Below are positions 38,036-45,641 of a stretch of DNA of 64,000 nucleotides, piece after piece (position 1 is the first letter of the stretch; the number at the start of each line of letters is the position of its first letter). A program made the translations under genes and the position numbers. The stretch comes from an uncultured Alphaproteobacteria bacterium. GTDB lineage: Bacteria; Pseudomonadota; Alphaproteobacteria; RF32; CAG-239. The notes under the pieces were generated by a model. That model saw only the letters and a program-made list of their open reading frames with translations, searched no databases and was not told the DNA's origin. Location of the stretch: NCBI GenBank assembly GCA_949297145.1, contig CASFQO010000013.1, positions 82,768 through 146,767 on the forward strand. Reading direction: 5' to 3'.

Positions 38036-38249
38036 TACCGAAAACCTGCATGAATGGCCGTTGTCCTCTTTTGCCGAATTAGGCAAAGTTGCTGTTAATC
38101 GGTTGGCGGAAAACAAAATCATAACAATTGCGGATTTGCTTAAGCTCACCAAAAGGGATTTGCAGTATATTCCCAATTTTGGCCCGAAAAGTATTGATCA
38201 GGTGCTGAGACTGTTAAAGAAATATAACCTGAAAATCCGCGAACGCTAA
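38028..38249 (+). CDS. RNA polymerase alpha-CTD-like helix-hairpin-helix protein
   Basis: VAVNRLAENKIITIADLLKLTKRDLQYIPNFGPKSIDQVLRLLKKYNL matches the alpha-CTD pattern (NCL..agI.tv.dL....dLl.ipNfGkKSl.ei). Confidence 0.55.
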   Translation: MTNTENLHEWPLSSFAELGKVAVNRLAENKIITIADLLKLTKRDLQYIPNFGPKSIDQVLRLLKKYNLKIRER

Positions 38250-38272
38250 AGTTTATCGAGGGGGATAAGCCG

Positions 38273-40282
38273 ATGCAATTTTATTATGATAGCGGGCTCT
38301 TGAAAAAAAGAGTTCTGCAGGATTTGGAAATCTGGCTGCCGCAATGGTATCCGAAAGGACGCGGCCGCAAAGGATATTTTGAAATCGGAGATATTGGCGG
38401 TACACCCGGCGACAGCCTGAAAATCTGTCTTACCAGTGCCAAGCGCGGCCTGTGGTACGATTTTGCCACGGCCGAGGGCGGCGACGTTTTCTCCCTGTGG
38501 GGAAGCAACCGCGGCATCTCCGGTTTTGGCAATATTCTCAAGGACATTGCCGGATATTACGGCATCAGTGGTTGTGAAGTCCCCGGAACCAAGGAAAAAC
38601 GCGGCAGTCCGGATCGACGGCATGTTTATCTTAACGCCGACGGCGATATAATATGTTATATCTATCGCTATGAATATACAGATGGCAGCAAAGAGTTTCT
38701 ACCTTGGAATGCGGCAAACGGTAAGACCGAATTTCCGTCCCCGCGGCCGCTTTACCGCCTACCGCAGCTTCTGAAAAACAATGTAATCATCTTAGTTGAG
38801 GGCGAAAAATGCGCCGATGCGCTGGCCGCTACCGGATTTGCAGCGACAACACTGATGGGGGGTGCCAATACCCGGATTGAAAAAACGGATCTCTCGCCGC
38901 TCAAAGGCAAAGACATCATTTTGTGGCCGGACAATGACGAACCGGGGCGGAAATATGCCGACAATGTGGCTGAAGCTCTATTGAAGCTGCCGGTGGCTTC
39001 TCTCAAAATTACCCCGCCGATGCCAGATAAGCCTGCCAAATGGGATGTGGCAGATGCGGTGGCTGAGAAATTTGACATTGCCGGACATCTGGCCAAAGCG
39101 GAAATTTATGAGCCAATGGAAAAGTTCAAACCAAGCGGACGTTTGAAAATCGCTGATTTTACCGGAGAAATGTTCGCTACCGAGCCGCCGGAACTGCAAT
39201 TCGTGGTCAAAAACACAATTCCGCGCGGCGTGGTCGGGCTGCTCTCTGCAATGGGAGACACCGGCAAAGGTATGCTGTTATTGGATTTGGCGCTCAAAAT
39301 CTGTCAGGATAAGACAGGAATGGGTCTTAAAGCCTTCGGTAACCCGGTAACGGCTACCGGCAGCGTGGTTATTTTTGCCGGAGAAGACACCTCCGATGAA
39401 ATTCACCGCCGGATTTACAAGTTGATGCCGGGCGGACTGAACGGACGGATTGATTCGGCCAAACTCCATATCATCCCGCTGCCGAATACCGGCGGACCGT
39501 TTGCAATTGCCCGAAAATGCCGTGGCAGCGACGAATTCTGCCTGACCGAAGAATTTGAAAACATCAAAACGCAGCTTGAAGCCATTCCGGACTTGGCGTT
39601 GGTGGTGTTTGACCCGCTGGCCTCGTTTGCCGGATTGGATCTGAATTCTGATCCGCGGGCGGCAAGTTATATTACCGGACAGCTGGCCGCGCTGGCGACC
39701 GCAACCAATGCTGCGGTTATTGTTGCCCACCATATTCGCAAAAATGACGGTATTACCTCGCCGCAGGAAGCCCGCGACGCCATTCGCGGCACAACCGCAA
39801 TTGTAGATGGGGTGCGGTTTGCGATTGCCTTTTGGGCTAACACAGCGGAAGAAAAAAAGATTTTTGCCGAACTGGACCAGGAATACCGTCCGAATGCCTG
39901 TTTCAAAGGCGCGGTGGTTAAAGCAAACTTTGGAGCCGACCGGACGGTGCGCAACTATATCCGCAGCGAAACCCGGGCGGTGTTAGAAGAAGTGCCGGTC
40001 AAGATTGTGCCGAAAACCCTGTCGGCAGAAGAATTTGACAAGTTGCTAGTTGAAGCTATCGGCGAAGCGGAGAATACCGGAACGCCGTTTACAATTTCGG
40101 GAATCTCCGGACTTTACGAAAACCGCGAGAAACTGCCGTTTGAACTGCAGGAAGCTTCCCGCGACTTTATCCGCAATACGGCCAAACGGCTATTGGCTTC
40201 CGGACAAATTTGCCGTATCGGCCAGACCGGCAGCAGCGATAAAAAATGGCTTGGTATCCCCGATGCCGGGAGGTGCGCATGA
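38273..40282 (+). CDS. Bifunctional primase/helicase-type replication protein (TOPRIM + RepA-like AAA)
   Basis: TOPRIM: ILVEGEKCADAL ... ILWPDNDEPGRKYA; P-loop region LLSAMGDTGKGML; Walker B-like ALVVFDPL; 669 aa. Confidence 0.8.
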   Translation: MQFYYDSGLLKKRVLQDLEIWLPQWYPKGRGRKGYFEIGDIGGTPGDSLKICLTSAKRGLWYDFATAEGGDVFSLWGSNRGISGFGNILKDIAGYYGISGCEVPGTKEKRGSPDRRHVYLNADGDIICYIYRYEYTDGSKEFLPWNAANGKTEFPSPRPLYRLPQLLKNNVIILVEGEKCADALAATGFAATTLMGGANTRIEKTDLSPLKGKDIILWPDNDEPGRKYADNVAEALLKLPVASLKITPPMPDKPAKWDVADAVAEKFDIAGHLAKAEIYEPMEKFKPSGRLKIADFTGEMFATEPPELQFVVKNTIPRGVVGLLSAMGDTGKGMLLLDLALKICQDKTGMGLKAFGNPVTATGSVVIFAGEDTSDEIHRRIYKLMPGGLNGRIDSAKLHIIPLPNTGGPFAIARKCRGSDEFCLTEEFENIKTQLEAIPDLALVVFDPLASFAGLDLNSDPRAASYITGQLAALATATNAAVIVAHHIRKNDGITSPQEARDAIRGTTAIVDGVRFAIAFWANTAEEKKIFAELDQEYRPNACFKGAVVKANFGADRTVRNYIRSETRAVLEEVPVKIVPKTLSAEEFDKLLVEAIGEAENTGTPFTISGISGLYENREKLPFELQEASRDFIRNTAKRLLASGQICRIGQTGSSDKKWLGIPDAGRCA

Positions 40283-40504
40283 CGGCGCCGTTACCATACT
40301 TTTCTGAATGTAAAAAGCAGGAATACGCCGTCAGGAATCCGCAATGCAGGAAAACTGCGGCTTACAGCGAAATGACCGCTAAGGTAAAAACGGGTTTTCG
40401 TCATGAGCGTGACGGATCCCGGTATTTAGATTTTGGTTCAGAAATCGCTTTTAACTCATTGAAAAATAATTATTACTATTTGGAGAAATTCACAACAGCG
40501 CGGT

Positions 40505-40536
40505 CGGTATATATATTTTTTAAAATATATATACCG
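40505..40536. repeat. Perfect AT-rich palindrome CGGTATATATATTTT-TT-AAAATATATATACCG
   Basis: 15-bp arms read directly; lies between the primase/helicase gene and the next gene. Confidence 0.9.
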
Positions 40537-40589
40537 GCTGCCGTGACCGTCGTCAGGAACGGAAAACAGGAACAGCAAAGGAAATTGTC

Positions 40590-41027
40590 ATGGCAGAATT
40601 AATTTGGACACGAGAGATGGTCAAAGACTGGTTTGAGAGCGCCGTCTACACACTCAAGAAAATGCCGAGGGAACAGGTTCAGGGTTACAAAACCTATTGG
40701 CCGGGCATCAGATATACCGAAATGGAACTTTTGCAGATGGACAGAAAACCCATCCGTCTGGTGGCCAACAGTCTGGATATTGCCCGTTTAGATGCGGTGC
40801 TGGAATGGATCTATCTGGTGGATAATGTAGACCAGCGGTGGATTATCTGGCAGCGGGCCAAACGTTATCCCTGGCGGCTGATCTGCAAAAGATACGGCAA
40901 AACCAGCCGAACGTTGATTGACTGGCACAATGCTGGGATTGATACCATCGTCAAAGTGTTGAATAATCCGAAAAGTGATCTTTTTGCCAGGAACCGTGTT
41001 CTTTTAAGCAAATATTTGTCTTATTAG
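40590..41027 (+). CDS. Hypothetical phage protein, possible C-terminal HTH
   Basis: 145-aa ORF; WRLICKRYGKTSRTLIDWHNAGIDTIV resembles sigma-region-4/HTH. Confidence 0.55.
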   Translation: MAELIWTREMVKDWFESAVYTLKKMPREQVQGYKTYWPGIRYTEMELLQMDRKPIRLVANSLDIARLDAVLEWIYLVDNVDQRWIIWQRAKRYPWRLICKRYGKTSRTLIDWHNAGIDTIVKVLNNPKSDLFARNRVLLSKYLSY

Positions 41028-41097
41028 CTGGACTTAGCAAAATGTTTCCGGCTTTGTGTTTGCTGTAACGAAAAACAGTAACAGAAAGAAAAATACA
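41020..41097 (+). promoter_or_regulatory. Early promoter/5'UTR cassette G (class TTCCGGCT)
   Basis: Core 41028..41053. Confidence 0.5.
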
Positions 41098-41280
41098 ATG
41101 AGGGATGAAAACATCAAACTGACGATTGACCCGACAGCTGGCCTTTTGAAAATCAAAATGCCGGACGGAACTGTCCGCAGAGTGGAACCTGAGAAAAGCC
41201 TGCCGATTTCGGCAGATTTGGCCGGATTTAGAATCAACGGGGAGCATTACAGCAACGGTCTGGGCGACGGGTTCGGCTAA
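41098..41280 (+). CDS. Small hypothetical protein
   Basis: 60-aa ORF from MRDENIKL behind cassette G. Confidence 0.45.
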   Translation: MRDENIKLTIDPTAGLLKIKMPDGTVRRVEPEKSLPISADLAGFRINGEHYSNGLGDGFG

Positions 41281-41355
41281 ATCATTATCTTCCGCCTGCC
41301 CAAAGACCTGCAGCCGACGGAAGAAGAAAGCCGCAGGCTGACTGCCCTGAAACCA

Positions 41356-41565
41356 ATGATTGATGATGAAGAAGACGAAATCAGCCACTTCTTAAGTTCG
41401 GACAGCACGGCAGGACAGTTTGAAATCTGCGAGTACGACTTGGACGATCTGCCTTCTTACAGGATCAGCGGCTGTGCATCGCTGACAACATACATCTTTG
41501 ATATCTTCGCCATTCTCGGCAAGGGTGCCAATGTGCGGGAAATTAACAAAAACAGAAAAAAATAA
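41356..41565 (+). CDS. Small acidic hypothetical protein
   Basis: 69-aa ORF followed by a terminator. Confidence 0.35.
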   Translation: MIDDEEDEISHFLSSDSTAGQFEICEYDLDDLPSYRISGCASLTTYIFDIFAILGKGANVREINKNRKK

Positions 41566-41576
41566 GCAATTGGAGC

Positions 41577-41607
41577 GGTGCCGGAGATTTCCGGCACTGG
41601 GTTTCTT
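41577..41607 (+). terminator. Rho-independent terminator
   Basis: GTGCCGGA pairs with TCCGGCAC. Confidence 0.6.
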
Positions 41608-41765
41608 GATAGATTGAACAGCGTACTATACATTATAAGCAACAATGGATAGTGTACTATACAAAATGTGACTGTTGCTAAAAAAAGGAACAATACGCAG
41701 ATGAAACGGGGGTATTTACGGCAAATGTAAACATTTGGCGTTTTTAACGCTTAAAAAACGAAAAA

Positions 41766-41854
41766 GTGCAGACATTTGTCGAATATAACATAAAAAATGC
41801 AGACATTTACCAAATATAGATTTATACAGGAAGCCTTAAGCGGGCGGTTTCGTC
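41766..41854. repeat. Left copy of ~90-bp direct repeat (two TGCAGACATTTnnnnAATAT units plus fic 3' end)
   Basis: Aligns at about 80% identity with 43338..43428. Confidence 0.8.
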
Positions 41855-43285
41855 TTCACTGTTCTCGATAAAGGCGTTTGTGGCACAAAGCATATCCGTT
41901 GCCCGCGAGAGATCTGTCCAATCAATCATAGCAGTGTATTTTTGGGCGAAATCAAGCGTTTTGATAAAGGCATCGGTTATCTGATTATGCGATAATGCTT
42001 TGAGCGACTGCGTGTAGTTTAGCCGGTAAACCGTCGGAATAATAATGCGTTGTTCGGCTGCGGCAACCAGCTCGGCATTCATCATAATGCGGGCTAAGCG
42101 TCCGTTTCCGTCGTTGAACGGATGGACTTCGGAAACCATAAACATCATAAAAACGGCACGGTTGAACGCATTATCCAGACGTTTATATAATTCAAACCCC
42201 TTGCGCAAAGTTCCCTCTATCAGATCAGGACTGACGAACAACGTTGTTCCGGCCTGATTGCATTTGGTTTTGAAGCGGCCGGGAGCTACTCCGGGACGAC
42301 CATCCATAATAATTTTATGGCGACGGCGCAGCAGAGCAAGAAAATCTTCAAATGTGGATGGCGTTTTTTTCATCTCGGTTAAATCGGCCAGCACGTTATA
42401 TGTTCCGGCAATATCATGAGCATCATCGGGACGGTGTTCGGGAATTTTGTTGTTAAAGACGATATCGTGCGCTTCTTCAACCGTGAATTTGGTTCCTTCT
42501 ATATAGTTGGAAAAATAAGCTTCGTAAAAGCACAGAACCGAACTGGCGTTGTTGTCCGTCTTGCGGAATAACGGCGCCTGAGAAGATAAAGCCTCATACA
42601 ATCGGGTAAACAGGATTTCACGCTGCGGGTCAAAAGCATCGCCACTGCTGCGGGCAATGGCTACATCGGACTGAAGCGGCGCTTCCCGTGTGCCTTGCAT
42701 GGCCCCCATAATATCATTTATAGTTTCAAATTCCTTTTCTAAATTAAGAACGGGGGCTATGGCTCGCATTTCATCTCGCAGGCGGTTAAATGCGGTTTCT
42801 CCATATGTGCGGAGATAGGCGTCAAGCCTTTCTTCCAGTTCGTGTTTGGTCAGGTAGCGCGGCATACGGCTGGTTCGGCGGCGCACAGTTTTGACGTTTT
42901 CCAAAAACTTACGGGCAACCGAGGGCTGATACAGATTATTGAGAAAAGGCAAGTCGCTTTCTAACGGCGCGTTGCCTTTGCGCGGATATACCGTATATTT
43001 TCCGAAAGTTGACACTTTAGCCTTTTCGGAAATAATAAAAAGCTCATTCGTTGCGGTGGGCTGCAGGTCAAAAGCCGAACGATCAGCAATCATGGCACCG
43101 GGATAGACCAGACTGACAAGCTCTAAAATGCGCCGTTCAATAAACTTGTCCAGGTCGTCATCAATATTGGATGTATAAATATTGGCCGTAATCTTGCGTA
43201 TCTTTCCGCTTTTTTGCCAACGGGAAATATTGTGAGAATTTTCTTTGGTAGAAAGAATAAATGTCGGTAAATTGTCTATATTCAT
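41822..43285 (-). CDS. Fic/DOC family protein, class II (internal inhibitory helix), long N-terminal extension
   Basis: Fic motif HPFNDGNGRLARIM; SNYIEG matches (S/T)xxxE(G/N) upstream of the core; AGGAGG RBS before MNIDNLPT (ATG 43285). Confidence 0.85.
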   Translation of the reverse strand: MNIDNLPTFILSTKENSHNISRWQKSGKIRKITANIYTSNIDDDLDKFIERRILELVSLVYPGAMIADRSAFDLQPTATNELFIISEKAKVSTFGKYTVYPRKGNAPLESDLPFLNNLYQPSVARKFLENVKTVRRRTSRMPRYLTKHELEERLDAYLRTYGETAFNRLRDEMRAIAPVLNLEKEFETINDIMGAMQGTREAPLQSDVAIARSSGDAFDPQREILFTRLYEALSSQAPLFRKTDNNASSVLCFYEAYFSNYIEGTKFTVEEAHDIVFNNKIPEHRPDDAHDIAGTYNVLADLTEMKKTPSTFEDFLALLRRRHKIIMDGRPGVAPGRFKTKCNQAGTTLFVSPDLIEGTLRKGFELYKRLDNAFNRAVFMMFMVSEVHPFNDGNGRLARIMMNAELVAAAEQRIIIPTVYRLNYTQSLKALSHNQITDAFIKTLDFAQKYTAMIDWTDLSRATDMLCATNAFIENSEDETARLRLPV

Positions 43286-43337
43286 AGCACCCTCCTTGGT
43301 ATCAGGATATGCAAACTTTTTTAATTTTAGGTTAAAA

Positions 43338-43428
43338 CATGCAGACATTTGCAGAATATAGCATAAGAAATGCAGACATTTATCGAATATGGATTTTACG
43401 CAGGGAGCCTTAAACGGGTGATTTCGTC
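43338..43428. repeat. Right copy of the ~90-bp direct repeat
   Basis: See 41766..41854. Confidence 0.8.
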
Positions 43429-43627
43429 CATGTCGTGTCCGTCATTGTAAGCGGTATAAAAGCAAGGAGCTGATATTGTGGAGCAAAAGCCGATTTTCTT
43501 GACAGTGCGGAGAGAAGTTTATATAAAATAGGCATGGGTAAAATCCGCGACTTTGGTTTTGGATTTTGGCAGAACCTGATTGATGTTTTTCCCAAGTTTC
43601 AGAAATATTACAAACAACAAAAGCCAA
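43396..43627 (-). pseudogene. Decayed second fic-like gene (N- and C-terminal fragments only)
   Basis: Minus-strand fragments NISETWEKHQSGSAKIQ (cf. NISRWQKSGKIRKI of fic) and MDEITRLRLPA-stop (cf. DETARLRLPV-stop) lie in different frames. Confidence 0.45.
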
Positions 43628-43728
43628 TGCCTTGCTGTAAAGGTATCATAAACAAAGTATGAACAGTCAGAGATCGACCGTCATTCAAGTCTATGTGGTA
43701 TTGCCAAAAAGATTTTGGAGACAGAGAG

Positions 43729-44001
43729 ATGAAAAAAATAAGTTTTGCCGTCGCAGTCTTGCTTTTAGCCGGATACGCCAAAGGCAACGGATATTATAAT
43801 GGAAACAACTACAATACTTATCATAATCAGGTTTCCCAGTCCTTGGACGATATCCACAATACGGCTCAGAAAATCAAGGAAGCCAAAGATGAATACAGAC
43901 GCTACGAAAACGAAGGCGATGATTATCTGGAAAACAAGATTAAAGAACGTTGGGAGCAGCGGAGTTATGATGTCAGATATAAAGGCGAACGCCTGAAATA
44001 G
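43729..44001 (+). CDS. Small secreted protein
   Basis: MKKISFAVAVLLLAGYA signal-like N-terminus, then N/Y-rich and charged helical region. Confidence 0.5.
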   Translation: MKKISFAVAVLLLAGYAKGNGYYNGNNYNTYHNQVSQSLDDIHNTAQKIKEAKDEYRRYENEGDDYLENKIKERWEQRSYDVRYKGERLK

Positions 44002-44152
44002 GACTGGAAAGACATTTTTGGTTAAGAGACTAAAGACCCCCCTGCTTCGTATGAACTGTCCCCCAGAAAGTGGAGGAAAAAAGAAAATCCCCTTTGAAAA
44101 AAATTTTTTCAAAGGGGATTTTCTTGTTAAACTTACATTAAAGGAGAAAAGA

Positions 44153-44554
44153 ATGAGCAAAATAAGATTTAGTAAAGAAGAACAAGCCAGATTAAGGACA
44201 CTAATAGCGGTAGAAAAAGTAAGCGACAAGACATTAGTTTTTACGCAAGCATTCAAAAGGAGAGCTGTATTATTGAGCCGACAAGGAAAAACCGCTAATC
44301 AGATATTCAGGGAAGCCGGTATTGATATTGACTTATTTCCGGCAAAATATTTTCATCATGTTATCAAGCGATGGAAAAAGAGTAATTTGCAAGACGGAAT
44401 AAAGAAAGGTCGTCCCCCTAAAGTGTCAAAAAAATTAGATGAAATGAGTATAGAAGAACTCAAAGCCAGAGTAGCCTACTTAGAAGCGGAGAACGACTTC
44501 CTAAAAAAACTGAAGGCCTTGGGAATGGGAATAAATCCGGAAGATTTGGATTAA
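44153..44554 (+). CDS. IS3 transposase OrfA (HTH + leucine zipper)
   Basis: AAGGAG RBS; LKARVAYLEAENDFLKKLKAL zipper. Confidence 0.85.
   Translation: MSKIRFSKEEQARLRTLIAVEKVSDKTLVFTQAFKRRAVLLSRQGKTANQIFREAGIDIDLFPAKYFHHVIKRWKKSNLQDGIKKGRPPKVSKKLDEMSIEELKARVAYLEAENDFLKKLKALGMGINPEDLD
44503..44509 (+). other. A7 programmed -1 frameshift site joining orfA to orfB
   Basis: cuA AAA AAA c in the orfA frame; the -1 frame reads through ...LISKAKNNKIQLSLLCKMAKVSISGYYRW into orfB. Confidence 0.7.
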
Positions 44555-44601
44555 TTTCCAAGGCCAAAAATAATAAAATTCAATTATCTTTATTATGCAA
44601 A

Positions 44602-45411
44602 ATGGCAAAAGTCAGTATAAGCGGCTATTATCGGTGGAAGCTACATGGAAAAGATAAGCAAAAGCGAGATAAAGAAGCAAAAGAGCTTATTACAAAGATA
44701 TTTCAAGCTAAGCAAGAAAAAGCAGGGATTCGAACGATTGCAATGATTTTGGAACATAAATACGGGATAAAAATGAACTTAAAAAAGATAGCGAGAATAA
44801 AAAGAGAATATGGTTTAATCACAAAGATTCGCAAGAAAAATCCTTTTAATATTGCTTTCAAGAAAGGCTTGGAACACCGAACAGCCCCCAACTTGTTGAA
44901 ACAAAACTTTAAGGTAAATCAACCAAATAAAGTTTATTCAACCGATATCAGTTATTTGTTTTACAACAAAGGGAAACGGGCTTATTTGAGTGCAACCAAG
45001 GATTTGGCTACCAAAGAAATTGTTGCTTTCAACATCAGCAAAGAGCTTGATTTGAACTCAACTTACGGCAATTTTGCCAAATTTCTAAAAAGCAAAAATT
45101 GCTCCGGTTTGATAATCCATTCCGACCAAGGCTGGCATTATACTCATCCTTATTACGTCAATAAACTCAAAGAGTTAGGTGTAACACAAAGTATGTCCAG
45201 AAAAGGAAATTGTTTGGATAACGCCCCGATTGAAAGTTTTTTCGGACATCTCAAAGATGAGGTGGATCTCAAATCCTGCCAAACCTTTGAAGAGCTCAAA
45301 ATTAAAGTTGAAAATTATATCTATTATTATAATAATGAACGTTGTCAGTGGAGCTTAAACAAAATGACACCGGCTCAGCGCCGATGCCTTTTGCTTAACT
45401 CTCCTGCTTGA
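44602..45411 (+). CDS. IS3 transposase OrfB (DDE/rve), expressed as OrfAB fusion
   Basis: YSTDISY, HSDQGWHYT, NAPIESFFGHLKDE catalytic-region blocks. Confidence 0.85.
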   Translation: MAKVSISGYYRWKLHGKDKQKRDKEAKELITKIFQAKQEKAGIRTIAMILEHKYGIKMNLKKIARIKREYGLITKIRKKNPFNIAFKKGLEHRTAPNLLKQNFKVNQPNKVYSTDISYLFYNKGKRAYLSATKDLATKEIVAFNISKELDLNSTYGNFAKFLKSKNCSGLIIHSDQGWHYTHPYYVNKLKELGVTQSMSRKGNCLDNAPIESFFGHLKDEVDLKSCQTFEELKIKVENYIYYYNNERCQWSLNKMTPAQRRCLLLNSPA

Positions 45412-45641
45412 CTGCCCCTCAGGGGATCTCTTTTTTATTTCCACTTTTTGGGGTACAGTTCACCATATGAACGCGGGGCTTTGCACATTATCAATTATAT
45501 TCTGGTTTTAAGCAAAGGATTTATTCCGCCGGAATATATAACGTTGTAAACGATAAATAAAAACAAATGCTCTTGTGTTGAAAAATATCCGAACCTATAT
45601 ATCTGCTGACAAGCAAACCAGAACAGCAAAAGGACGGAAAA

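Larger units (their letters stand above)
44052..45462 (+). mobile_element. IS3-family insertion sequence (1411 bp)
   Basis: Terminal inverted repeats TGAACTGTCCCCCAGAAAGTGGA / TGAACTGTACCCCAAAAAGTGGA (rc); orfA+orfB; AT-rich like the host backbone. Confidence 0.9.

Noticed and set aside
38246-39954. Several 87-151-aa minus-strand ORFs
   Set aside because: All are antisense to the primase/helicase gene. Open antisense frames of this length are unsurprising in the higher-G+C element DNA.
40246-40602. 118-aa plus-strand ORF spanning the intergenic gap
   Set aside because: It crosses the AT-rich palindrome, overlaps the ends of both neighbours, and has no RBS or coding-like composition.
27823-41053. 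Reading the CTGGAC cassettes as sigma54 promoters or as a CRISPR-like array
   Set aside because: The GG-to-GC distance is ~20 nt, not the ~10 nt of -24/-12 promoters. The copies are kilobases apart, lie on both strands and are followed by genes, so they do not form a repeat-spacer array. No CRISPR array was seen anywhere in the window.
41098-41565. Merging 41098..41280 and 41356..41565 into one frameshifted gene
   Set aside because: No family is recognisable to support continuity, and the gap contains a clean stop. They are left as two low-confidence ORFs.
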